Shown here in pieces: positions 15,817-23,795 of a DNA stretch of 31,713 bases (the first letter of the stretch is position 1; every line of letters starts with the position of its first letter). Source of the stretch: Gemmatimonadales bacterium (GTDB taxonomy: Bacteria; Gemmatimonadota; Gemmatimonadetes; Gemmatimonadales; GWC2-71-9); the NCBI GenBank assembly GCA_035472975.1, contig DATIOP010000022.1:1-31713 (forward strand), written 5' to 3'. The translations under genes were made by a program, and so were the position numbers. The notes below the pieces were generated by a model. The model was not told the DNA's origin and ran no database searches. It saw nothing but the letters and a program-made list of their open reading frames with translations.

Positions 15817-16422
15817 CTAGTAGTGACACGCCGTGCAATCCCGATTGACCTTCCGCTCGGTATGACAGGTGATGCAGAAGCCCATATTCGTCACGTTGTT
15901 GACCTTGAAGACCTGGGGCATGCGGGCGACGTCGCCATGGCAGGTGTTGCAGGCGTTGGGTCCCAGAGCCTGGATGTGGCGGCTGTGAGGAAAGTGCACG
16001 TGCCTCGCCAGCGCATGAATGCGGGACCATTCCAGATGCGGTTTGGCGGGATCGCTCTTGTCGGCCCAGAACTGGCGCAACTTCTTGATTTCCGTCTTGC
16101 CCCCGCTGTCGCTCCCCGAGATGACCATGTGGCAGCCCATGCAGGTCTGGAGACTCGGGATGCCTGGCTCATTCGATACGGCCACGCTGTAGTGGCAGTA
16201 CTGGCACTGGATCTTGTACTGGCCGGCGTGGATGTCGTGACGAAAGAAGATGGGCTGGCGGGGACCGTAGAGGTCTGAGGTGTCTCCGGCGGCGATTGCC
16301 GTTGCGGTCACCGAGTCGGGGGCAGGTTTCCCCTGCTGAGCACCCCCGGATCGTTGCAACAGGCCCGCCCCGCCCAGGGCGAGGAAAACCGACCCAGCTG
16401 CGAGAATGGCCAGCTTGCGCAT
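15817..16422 (-). CDS. actA: Alternative complex III pentaheme cytochrome c subunit A
   Basis: Five CxxCH motifs (CQYCH, CMGCH, CNTCH, CITCH, CTACH), QPIFFRHDIH, HVHFPH and an N-terminal hydrophobic segment. Confidence 0.93.
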   Translation of the reverse strand: MRKLAILAAGSVFLALGGAGLLQRSGGAQQGKPAPDSVTATAIAAGDTSDLYGPRQPIFFRHDIHAGQYKIQCQYCHYSVAVSNEPGIPSLQTCMGCHMVISGSDSGGKTEIKKLRQFWADKSDPAKPHLEWSRIHALARHVHFPHSRHIQALGPNACNTCHGDVARMPQVFKVNNVTNMGFCITCHTERKVNRDCTACHY

Positions 16423-16491
16423 GATCGCTCAGGAACGGGAGAGGAGTCGCCCGCAGACCGGTTCCAAGTCCAAGTCAGCGGAGCCAGAAGT

Positions 16492-16509
16492 TTGTGAATT
16501 ATTTCACGA
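16492..16509. promoter_or_regulatory. Rex-type operator upstream of actA
   Basis: TTGTGAA-TTAT-TTCACGA: 1 mismatch to TTGTGAA-N4-TTCACAA, with an A/T-only centre, 70 nt upstream of the actA start. It also fits CRP TGTGA-N6-TCACA with 1 mismatch. Confidence 0.7.
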
Positions 16510-16577
16510 ATTTTCAAGGGCCGGCATGCGCGCCAAGTATAGCGCCTCCAGCCCCTTCAACAACCAGCACTTTGGTG

Positions 16578-17072
16578 CTAGCCGGTCAGCGTTCTCCGCG
16601 CCAGCACAGCGGCGGGCGTCTCGGCCGTGAGCCACGCCAGCTTGCGCCGGGCAAAGCCGACGAAAACGTCAGCTGCCTTCTGATCGGTAATCTCGATGCT
16701 GCACCAGCGAAGAGGGCCGGTGCGGTGACCACTCTGAATCGCGTCGCTAATGACGGAGGGGAGCCGGGAGATCGCGAGAGCCTTCCGCTCCTCACCATCA
16801 CTGAGGGTAAAGGTCCCCCCTACTCCGTTCTGCATGACGTGGAGCCAGCAAAGCTTCCGGCTTCCGGCCGCATACTCCCAGGCCCAACGCCAACTGGGGC
16901 CCATGAACTTGACCGATTCGGAGACGCCCTGCAGCGCCAGGAGTCCTTCCCTGACCTTGCGAAAACGCGCGCCGATCGGACCGGGGAGGTCCCGGTACGG
17001 GGCAGAGGGCTTGGGTTCTTGGCGGGATTCGGGATAGAGATTGGCGGCCCAGTACGCGGCGGATCGGCCCAC
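16578..17072 (-). CDS. Hypothetical protein, DUF3788-like
   Basis: KFMGPSWRWAWEY...KLCWL...RWCSIEI pattern recalls DUF3788. GTG 17072 has GGAG upstream; the alternative start is TTG 17114. Confidence 0.55.
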   Translation of the reverse strand: MGRSAAYWAANLYPESRQEPKPSAPYRDLPGPIGARFRKVREGLLALQGVSESVKFMGPSWRWAWEYAAGSRKLCWLHVMQNGVGGTFTLSDGEERKALAISRLPSVISDAIQSGHRTGPLRWCSIEITDQKAADVFVGFARRKLAWLTAETPAAVLARRTLTG

Positions 17073-17116
17073 GTGGTTCTCTCCCGGTTGGCTTGGGTGA
17101 ATCTTCCGCGACAAAC

Positions 17117-17890
17117 CTAATCGGGGACCGGTGGGTGATCCAAGGGCGGCACCTGTACGCCGCTGCGTTCGAGAAAACGGACTACCTCGATTCCCATCGC
17201 CCGGATCAGGGCCGCCTCCCGGCCGTCCAGGTCCGCCCGGTAGATGATTTCACGGAAAGACCGCATCACATGCTCGGCCTGGCGGGTCTTGAAGAAATCG
17301 ATGCCCCAGAGGGCCCGCTCCCAGTCGGCGAAGAGCCGCTCGAGCAATCCGGACTCCGGGGAGCCTACCAGCTTGCGGGGCGGCTTCAAGGGTTGGCGTT
17401 CGCCGCCGGCCGCCAGGCGGATCTCGTAGCACATGATGGCCACGGCCTGCGCCAGGTTGAGGGAGCGATACGCCGGATTGGTCGGGATGGTGACCAGGGC
17501 GTGACAGCAGTCCAGCTCTTCGTTGGTGAGGCCCTTGTCCTCGCGACCGGCTACGATCGCGACGGTGCCGCGATCCGAGCGGGCCATCAGCTCGGCAGCC
17601 GCAGCGCCGGGACGAATCACGGTGCGTTTGGCGGCGCGCTCGCGTGCGGTCAGAGCGACGACGTAAACACAGTCCTCTATCGCTTCCTGCAGCGTGTTGT
17701 GGATGCTGATGCTGTCTACGTAATCGGCCGTGCTATGCGCGATCCCCTCGATGCGGTACGGGTCGAAGATCGCCGGCGCGACGAGCCGCACCTGGCTCAG
17801 GGCGAAGTTCTTCGCCACCCGGACCGCACTGCCGATATTCACCGCGTCCTGAGGCTCGACCAGCACCAGCACCGGCGCCTGCAGGCTCAC
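17117..17890 (-). CDS. trmJ: SPOUT RNA methyltransferase, TrmJ/LasT-like
   Basis: VLVEPQDAVNIGSAVR, GREDKGLTNEEL and IPTNPAYRSLNLAQAV. Confidence 0.85.
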   Translation of the reverse strand: MSLQAPVLVLVEPQDAVNIGSAVRVAKNFALSQVRLVAPAIFDPYRIEGIAHSTADYVDSISIHNTLQEAIEDCVYVVALTARERAAKRTVIRPGAAAAELMARSDRGTVAIVAGREDKGLTNEELDCCHALVTIPTNPAYRSLNLAQAVAIMCYEIRLAAGGERQPLKPPRKLVGSPESGLLERLFADWERALWGIDFFKTRQAEHVMRSFREIIYRADLDGREAALIRAMGIEVVRFLERSGVQVPPLDHPPVPD

Positions 17891-17896
17891 GCGGTG

Positions 17897-19390
17897 TCAC
17901 TCCCCTAGAAACGAGGTGTCGAGCCGCTTCGCCTTGAGCGCTGCGGCAAATCCAGTCTTGTCGGCCGACTTGGCATACGCGTCTTTCGCCTCCACCGCTT
18001 TCTTCTCCACCAGCTCGATCAGCGCATCATTCAGGGTAACCATTCCCGCCTTGCGATTGGTCTGCATGATCGAGGGAATCTGGAAGGTTTTCCCCTCGCG
18101 GATCAGGTTGGCAATGGCCGGAATCGAGAGCAGCACTTCCTTCGCCGCAACCCGCCCGCCCCCGATCTTCGGGCAGAGCACCTGGGCGATGACGCCCTTG
18201 AGCGACTCGGAGAGCATCACCCGGATCTGCGACTGCCGGTCGGCCGGGAACTGGTCGATAATCCGGTCTACCGTCGAAGCGGCGGTGGTAGTGTGCAGGG
18301 TTCCGAAGACCAGGTGTCCGGTTTCGGCGGTCTCGATCGCGATGGAGACGGTCTCCAAGTCGCGCATCTCGCCCACCATGATCACGTCGGGATCTTCCCG
18401 AAGCGCGGCACGCAGCGCCTGCTTGAAGGACTTGGTATGGAACCCGACCTGACGCTGGGTCACGACGCACTTCTGCGGCGAATGGACGAACTCGATCGGG
18501 TCTTCGATGGTCAGGATGTGATCGGTTCGGGTCCGGTTGATCAGATCCACCAGTGCCGCAAGCGTTGTCGACTTGCCAGAGCCGGTTGGGCCGGTGACCA
18601 GGACCAGTCCCTTCGGCAGGTAGCAGAGTTTCTGAATCTCGGCCGAGATGCCGAGCTGCTCCACGGTCTGAATCTGGGAGGGAATGACCCGGAAGACCCC
18701 CATCGGGCCACGGCGCTCCACCGCCGCGTTGGCACGGAACCGCGCGGTGTTCGGAAGCTCATACGCCCAGTCGGCGTCACCACCATCGCGGAATTCGTCG
18801 AGCTCTCTCGTAGCCATGATGCTGGTCAGCATCGCCTCCACTTCCTCGGCGCGGAGCTCCGGGCCCTCGTGACGCTCCAGGTCGCCGTCCCGGCGGAAGA
18901 TGGGAGGTTCACCGGTGCGCAGGTGCAGATCGCTCGAGCCGGTTTCAACAGTTCGACGGAGCAGCGCTTCCATGCGCGCACGCGCGTCAGGCGCTGGCGG
19001 AGTCAGGAGCGAGGGCGTGATCTTCGGCTCCGCTACGGGAGCGGCTGCCGGTGTTGCCGCGGGCGATCCGTTGGTTGGCGTCGTGGTGGGCGCCACCAGG
19101 CCGTCAGGCGGCCGGATTGTGGCGCTTCCCTTCGCCAGTTCGACGTCCACTTTGCCGCTCGGCGAGAGGTAGCCGAACGCGAAGCTCGCCCCGTCGGTAA
19201 AGTTGGGTTGGAGCTGACTCGGCGCGATTTCCTTGACCAGCATGGTCACCTGAGCCGCGGTCAGCGGTTCCTTGGTGACAGGACGAGTCGAGTCTCCCAC
19301 CATCAGAGAGGCCGGCTTGCCGGCGTGGAGCGCCAAGCCTCTGGCGCCGTGTTCATGCATGGCCTGGATGAACTTGTCGAGACGGGGCAC
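17897..19390 (-). CDS. pilT: PilT/PilU-family retraction ATPase with an extra N-terminal domain copy
   Basis: SSDLHL, GPTGSGKSTT, TIEDPIE, EDPDVIMVGEMRD, GHLVFGTLH and AIANLIRE. Confidence 0.9.
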   Translation of the reverse strand: MPRLDKFIQAMHEHGARGLALHAGKPASLMVGDSTRPVTKEPLTAAQVTMLVKEIAPSQLQPNFTDGASFAFGYLSPSGKVDVELAKGSATIRPPDGLVAPTTTPTNGSPAATPAAAPVAEPKITPSLLTPPAPDARARMEALLRRTVETGSSDLHLRTGEPPIFRRDGDLERHEGPELRAEEVEAMLTSIMATRELDEFRDGGDADWAYELPNTARFRANAAVERRGPMGVFRVIPSQIQTVEQLGISAEIQKLCYLPKGLVLVTGPTGSGKSTTLAALVDLINRTRTDHILTIEDPIEFVHSPQKCVVTQRQVGFHTKSFKQALRAALREDPDVIMVGEMRDLETVSIAIETAETGHLVFGTLHTTTAASTVDRIIDQFPADRQSQIRVMLSESLKGVIAQVLCPKIGGGRVAAKEVLLSIPAIANLIREGKTFQIPSIMQTNRKAGMVTLNDALIELVEKKAVEAKDAYAKSADKTGFAAALKAKRLDTSFLGE

Positions 19391-19398
19391 TTAAATCC

Positions 19399-19863
19399 TC
19401 AGCTCAGGGGACGGGCGGCGCGGACATGGCTACGGTTCAGACAAACCGTGGTCTCGCCGACGACAAGACTGAAAAAGCGCTCGGGTGCGTTCAGGTAATC
19501 GGAGGCACGGCTCCGGTTGGGCGGAAGCTCGGTGGCGGCAAAGCCGCGATACTCGTCACCGCCGCTCATGATGACCTCGAGCCCAATGTGGAGAGCGGCG
19601 GATTCGCGCTCCGGGTCCTGACTCATCGGACCCTGGTAGGCGAGAGCCCTGACCTGGGCTTTGGCCAGAAAGACAACCTCGCCGCCGGGCAACGAGAGCG
19701 GGAAGAAGTCCTCCTGACGGTTGAGCAGTTCGAGCGGGGTCTCCCGCGACTCGTGGAGCGCGGTGCTGGGCTGCAGGTGGAGGTCTCCGTCGATAGACAT
19801 TCCCTCAACCATCAGAACCCGAACCTGCTGTCTTTCCGTTGCCGCCCACTGGGTAGATGCCAA
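19399..19863 (-). CDS. Hypothetical protein with an internal two-fold repeat (DUF6812-like)
   Basis: LLNRQEDFFPL...LAKAQVRA and YLNAPERFFSL...LNRSHVRA; AGGAG RBS before the TTG start. Confidence 0.65.
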   Translation of the reverse strand: MASTQWAATERQQVRVLMVEGMSIDGDLHLQPSTALHESRETPLELLNRQEDFFPLSLPGGEVVFLAKAQVRALAYQGPMSQDPERESAALHIGLEVIMSGGDEYRGFAATELPPNRSRASDYLNAPERFFSLVVGETTVCLNRSHVRAARPLS

Positions 19864-19872
19864 TGTCTTCTC

Positions 19873-20760
19873 CTAGCCTCGAATCTCGGCGCCCGCGTCC
19901 TGTTCCTGCAGGCGGATTGCTTCCATGTAGTCAGCACCCTCGCCCAGACGGGCACGGGCCTCATCCAACAGCTCCGACACCCGGTGCAGCAGCGGAGACT
20001 TGATCCCCTGCTCCTCCAGGAAACGGCAGGCGATATCCACATCCTTGGCCAGGAGTGCGAGGCGAAACGTCACCGGCCATGCTCCGGTCATTACCCGGTC
20101 GGGAACCAGCACCTCGCTCACGAAACTGCGCCCGCTCGATGCATTGAGGACATCGAGTGCCTTCCTGGCCTGAACACCGCCCCTAACCAGCCCTACCATT
20201 CCCTCACCGAACGCCAGGATGCCGACCGCGAGGAGCGCATTGTTGATCGCCTTCATCGCGTGACCGGTACCGACCGGCCCCATATGCTCGATCCGCTTGG
20301 CAAACTGGGCCAGAATCGGCTTGGCCCGCTCGAACGTGGCATCGCTGCCGCCAACCATCACCGTCAGAGTCCCGGCCTCGGCGCCGTTCGTACCACCGCT
20401 CACCGGGGCATCGGCAAAGTCCACCCCCTGGGCCTCCAGCCGTGCTGCGATCCGCACCGAAGCAGCGGGCTCGCCAGAGGTACAGTCAAGAAATAGTGCG
20501 CCTGTTTGAATTCCTGACAGTATTCCCTCGGGGCCTTCGAGGATTTGTTGCACCTCGCCCGAGTTTGGCAGGCAAGTGAGAAGGACATCGGCGTTCTCGG
20601 CCGCCATCTGCGGGGTTTGTGCCACGCGTGCGCCATGTGTCTGGGCAAATTCGACCGCCCGCCTCGCGGTGCGATTCCATACCGTAAGCTCGTGGCTGCG
20701 CGCCAAATGAGCCGCCATCGGACGACCGATGGCACCCAGACCGAGGAAGGAGATTCGCAT
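19873..20760 (-). CDS. NAD(P)-dependent 3-hydroxyacid dehydrogenase (3-hydroxyisobutyrate/tartronate-semialdehyde family)
   Basis: FLGLGAIGRPMA, DAPVSGG, GTLTVMVGG and GHAMKAINN. Confidence 0.9.
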   Translation of the reverse strand: MRISFLGLGAIGRPMAAHLARSHELTVWNRTARRAVEFAQTHGARVAQTPQMAAENADVLLTCLPNSGEVQQILEGPEGILSGIQTGALFLDCTSGEPAASVRIAARLEAQGVDFADAPVSGGTNGAEAGTLTVMVGGSDATFERAKPILAQFAKRIEHMGPVGTGHAMKAINNALLAVGILAFGEGMVGLVRGGVQARKALDVLNASSGRSFVSEVLVPDRVMTGAWPVTFRLALLAKDVDIACRFLEEQGIKSPLLHRVSELLDEARARLGEGADYMEAIRLQEQDAGAEIRG

Positions 20761-20873
20761 AAGTGGGCTAAAGGCTAAGTGCGGGGGCACCGGCGTGGTA
20801 GCCGGGTAAATGACCGAGGGTAGATTTCCATGTCCGAGGAAGGGAATTCACCCGCTATTCGTCTGGAGGAAAA

Positions 20874-21869
20874 GTGAGGTCGTCAATTTTGAGCGGCGGG
20901 GCGGTGCTTGGGCTGCTGGCGTTTGCCCTGGCCTGTGCCCCGAAGCAGCAAGCGGCAGAGAAAGCAGAAAACAAGGAGCCCGCGGATTCCAACGCGCGGA
21001 CTCTGGCCGTCATAGGGGGTCCTGGTTCCCATATCGAGGGAATCGCCGAACATGGCGGGAAACTGTACGTGGCAGACTGGAAGGACGCGGCGGTCTATCG
21101 CATTGATCCGGCGAATCCGGCGCCGACCCGGGTGGCTGTGCTTCCTGTACCGGGAGTCGGGATACTCGGCATCGCGGCCGACGATGCGGGGAATCTCTAT
21201 TTCGCTGTGCCCGATTCAGGCCTTGTGTTGAAGGTCGCCGCAGACCGGATTGGCGCCTCGGACTTCAGCGCGACCACTGACGTTACGAAGTTCGCCACCG
21301 GCGCAAAGGGAGCCAACGGTCTCGCATTCGATCGTTCGGGACACCTCTGGATTGGTGGTGGAGACAGTCACGCCCTCTACCATGTAGGACCGAAGGGTGG
21401 AAAGGCGCGGGTCTTTGCGAAGGACTACTCCCCGATGAATTCCGACACCACTGTAGGCGTCCGGCCCTATACGGTGAACGGTGTGGCAGTGGACTCCAAG
21501 GGGCTCGTCTACACAGTGAATACCGGAACCGGCGAGGTGAGCCGGCTCGAGGTCAAGCCCGACTACAAACCGGGTAAGATCGAGAGTTTCGTGAAGGATG
21601 GCCGGCTGATGGGCGCCGATGGCGTGGTCGTCGACGGGCAGGACAACCTCTGGATTGCCTGCAACATCCGGAACGCACTGGTGAAAGTGACCCAGGCGGG
21701 AGAAATCAGTGAGATCGCGGTCAACGGACCGGGAGGCCCGATGCACTTCCCGGCCGAGCTCAAGTTGGCCGGCAAGGTGGTCTATCTGGCGAACCTCAAT
21801 CTGCCGATGGGGGCGAACGCCGGATCAACCGACTCGAGCGCGAGTGTCGTGGAAGTGAAGCTTCCGTAG
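20874..21869 (+). CDS. SMP-30/gluconolactonase-like beta-propeller lipoprotein
   Basis: Lipobox FALAC; IEG, ANGLAFD, NGVAVD and ADGVVVDGQDNLWIA blades; GGAGG RBS. Confidence 0.8.
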   Translation: MRSSILSGGAVLGLLAFALACAPKQQAAEKAENKEPADSNARTLAVIGGPGSHIEGIAEHGGKLYVADWKDAAVYRIDPANPAPTRVAVLPVPGVGILGIAADDAGNLYFAVPDSGLVLKVAADRIGASDFSATTDVTKFATGAKGANGLAFDRSGHLWIGGGDSHALYHVGPKGGKARVFAKDYSPMNSDTTVGVRPYTVNGVAVDSKGLVYTVNTGTGEVSRLEVKPDYKPGKIESFVKDGRLMGADGVVVDGQDNLWIACNIRNALVKVTQAGEISEIAVNGPGGPMHFPAELKLAGKVVYLANLNLPMGANAGSTDSSASVVEVKLP

Positions 21870-21891
21870 GGCCTCGGAGCATGGAGACCTG

Positions 21892-23085
21892 ATGGCTGCA
21901 CGCACGCTGCATCTGGACCTGGACGCCTTCTTCGTCGAGGTGTGCCGGCAGCGTCATCCGGAGTTGCGAAACGTCGAGTGCCTCGTGGTGGGAGGACGGC
22001 GAGAAGAACGGGGAGTCGTTCAGTCAGCCTCCTACGCGGCGCGGAAATTTGGAGTTCGGGCGGGAATGCCGATCGCGGAAGCCGCGCGGCGCTGTCCTCA
22101 AGCCACCTTCTTCCGGGGTTCATTCCGGCACTACCGCGACGCGTCGCGGGCGGTGCTCGCTGTCCTCCGCAGATATTCGCCCACGGTAGTAATGGCTTCG
22201 CTCGATGAGGCGTATCTCGATTTCACCGGGACAGAGCGCATGTTTCCGGTTTCCCTGTTGCCCGAGGCGGAGCGAATCCGTGATGCGGTAAAGCAGGAGA
22301 CGGGGCTCGACAGCAGCATCGGGATCGGCACCAATCGGATGATCGCGAAGCTGGCCTCGGATCACGCCAAGCCGAGGGGATTGATGGAGATTCGCGCCGG
22401 CTGGGAGGAAGGATTCCTGGCAGGACTCCCGCTTCGCGCGTTGCCAGGCGTAGGACCCAAGACGGCAGAGCGCTGGGCCGGCCTGGGGCTCACCGAAGTC
22501 CGCCAGATCCAGGAAATGGAGCTGGAGAACCTGCAGCGGATTCTGGGAGACGGCGCCCGGGAGCTCAAGCTCCGAGCCCACGGACATGGGTCCTCTCGCC
22601 TTAGTGCGGATCGGCTCCCTCGCTCGGTGAGCAGGGAGACGACCCTGTCGCGCGATGCCACCGACAAAGGTCGGCTCGATCCGCTGCTGGCGCTTTTTGT
22701 GAGCCGGGTAGCGGGTCAGCTTCGGGAAGAGGGGCTCGCCGCGCGCACCGTGGTCCTCAAGCTGCGGCACGGCGATTTCTACACCGTCACCCGCCGGCAT
22801 ACGCTGGACGAACCGACCTCTCTGGACAAGGAGATTCTGGTCGCGGCCCGGGCGTTGTTCGATCGCGCGTTTGAGGATGTGGTACGAAGGAAGAAGGGCG
22901 TCCGGCTGATCGGCGTCGCGGCGACCAATATCGTGGAATCGGCCACCGAGGATCTCTTCGAGCCGGTCGAGCGTACAAGATTACGGGAACTCACCACCGC
23001 TATAGATCAGGTGAGGAAGAAGTTCGGGTTTGATGCGGTAGCGACGGCGGAAACGCTGCCGCTCAGGAGACAGGAGCGGGAATGA
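21892..23085 (+). CDS. dinB: DNA polymerase IV (Y family)
   Basis: LHLDLDAFF, ASYAARKFGVRAGMP, SLDEAYLD, AKLASDHAKPRG, LPGVG and VRLIGV. Confidence 0.93.
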   Translation: MAARTLHLDLDAFFVEVCRQRHPELRNVECLVVGGRREERGVVQSASYAARKFGVRAGMPIAEAARRCPQATFFRGSFRHYRDASRAVLAVLRRYSPTVVMASLDEAYLDFTGTERMFPVSLLPEAERIRDAVKQETGLDSSIGIGTNRMIAKLASDHAKPRGLMEIRAGWEEGFLAGLPLRALPGVGPKTAERWAGLGLTEVRQIQEMELENLQRILGDGARELKLRAHGHGSSRLSADRLPRSVSRETTLSRDATDKGRLDPLLALFVSRVAGQLREEGLAARTVVLKLRHGDFYTVTRRHTLDEPTSLDKEILVAARALFDRAFEDVVRRKKGVRLIGVAATNIVESATEDLFEPVERTRLRELTTAIDQVRKKFGFDAVATAETLPLRRQERE

Positions 23086-23789
23086 GATGGATTCTGGCGG
23101 CCGTGGTACTGGTGGCCGCGACAACTACAGAGGCGCAGGCACAGCTCGCGCTGACACCGCAGGAGATTCTGCAGGCCTGTCAGGCTGGGGATTACCCGGA
23201 ATGCGTCCACTATGCGGATTTACTCGCGGGCGGGCGCGGAGTGACCCAATCGAACGACGAGGCGGTGCGAATTCTGAGCGGAACCTGTGACAACGGCTAT
23301 GCGCCGGCTTGCACGCAGCTAGGGATCTGGAACGAGTCAGGCGTTCAGATGAACCCGAACCGGGAACGGGCCAACTCTTATTATCGCCGCGGATGTGAGA
23401 TGGGCTCGGCTGAGGGATGCTCCAGACTGGGCACCTCCTACGAGCAAGGCACGGGGGTAATCCAGAACTCCACCAATGCGGTTTCCTATTATACCCAGGC
23501 CTGCGGACTCGGCCGCCAGTCATCCTGCGTGAAGCTGGGTACGCTCTATGAGAATGGGCAGGGAGTGAGTCAGGATCGCGGTCGAGCGGCGGCGCTCTAC
23601 CTCCAGGCATGTCAGGAGCTCGACGCGAATGGATGTGTGCTGCTGGGGAACATGTACGAGAACGGGCGGGGGGTAGACCATGATCCGGATCGCGCGGCAG
23701 CGCTGTATCGCCGCGCCTGTGAAATCGGAAACGTCCATGCCTGCCGGGTCCCGCTGCCGGGAGACCGCAGCACCTTCGAGAACCCCTGA
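23082..23789 (+). CDS. Exported Sel1-like repeat protein (Cys-paired, HcpA-like)
   Basis: Signal peptide; six C-x7-C pairs at about 36-aa period with A..LY..AC and LG..Y..G.GV motifs; ATGA overlap with dinB. Confidence 0.88.
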   Translation: MRWILAAVVLVAATTTEAQAQLALTPQEILQACQAGDYPECVHYADLLAGGRGVTQSNDEAVRILSGTCDNGYAPACTQLGIWNESGVQMNPNRERANSYYRRGCEMGSAEGCSRLGTSYEQGTGVIQNSTNAVSYYTQACGLGRQSSCVKLGTLYENGQGVSQDRGRAAALYLQACQELDANGCVLLGNMYENGRGVDHDPDRAAALYRRACEIGNVHACRVPLPGDRSTFENP

Positions 23790-23795
23790 GGCAGG

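Noticed and set aside
20761-20782. GGCTAAA GGCTAAG heptamer-like pair
   Set aside because: Two units only, and they do not fit GNNRACN.
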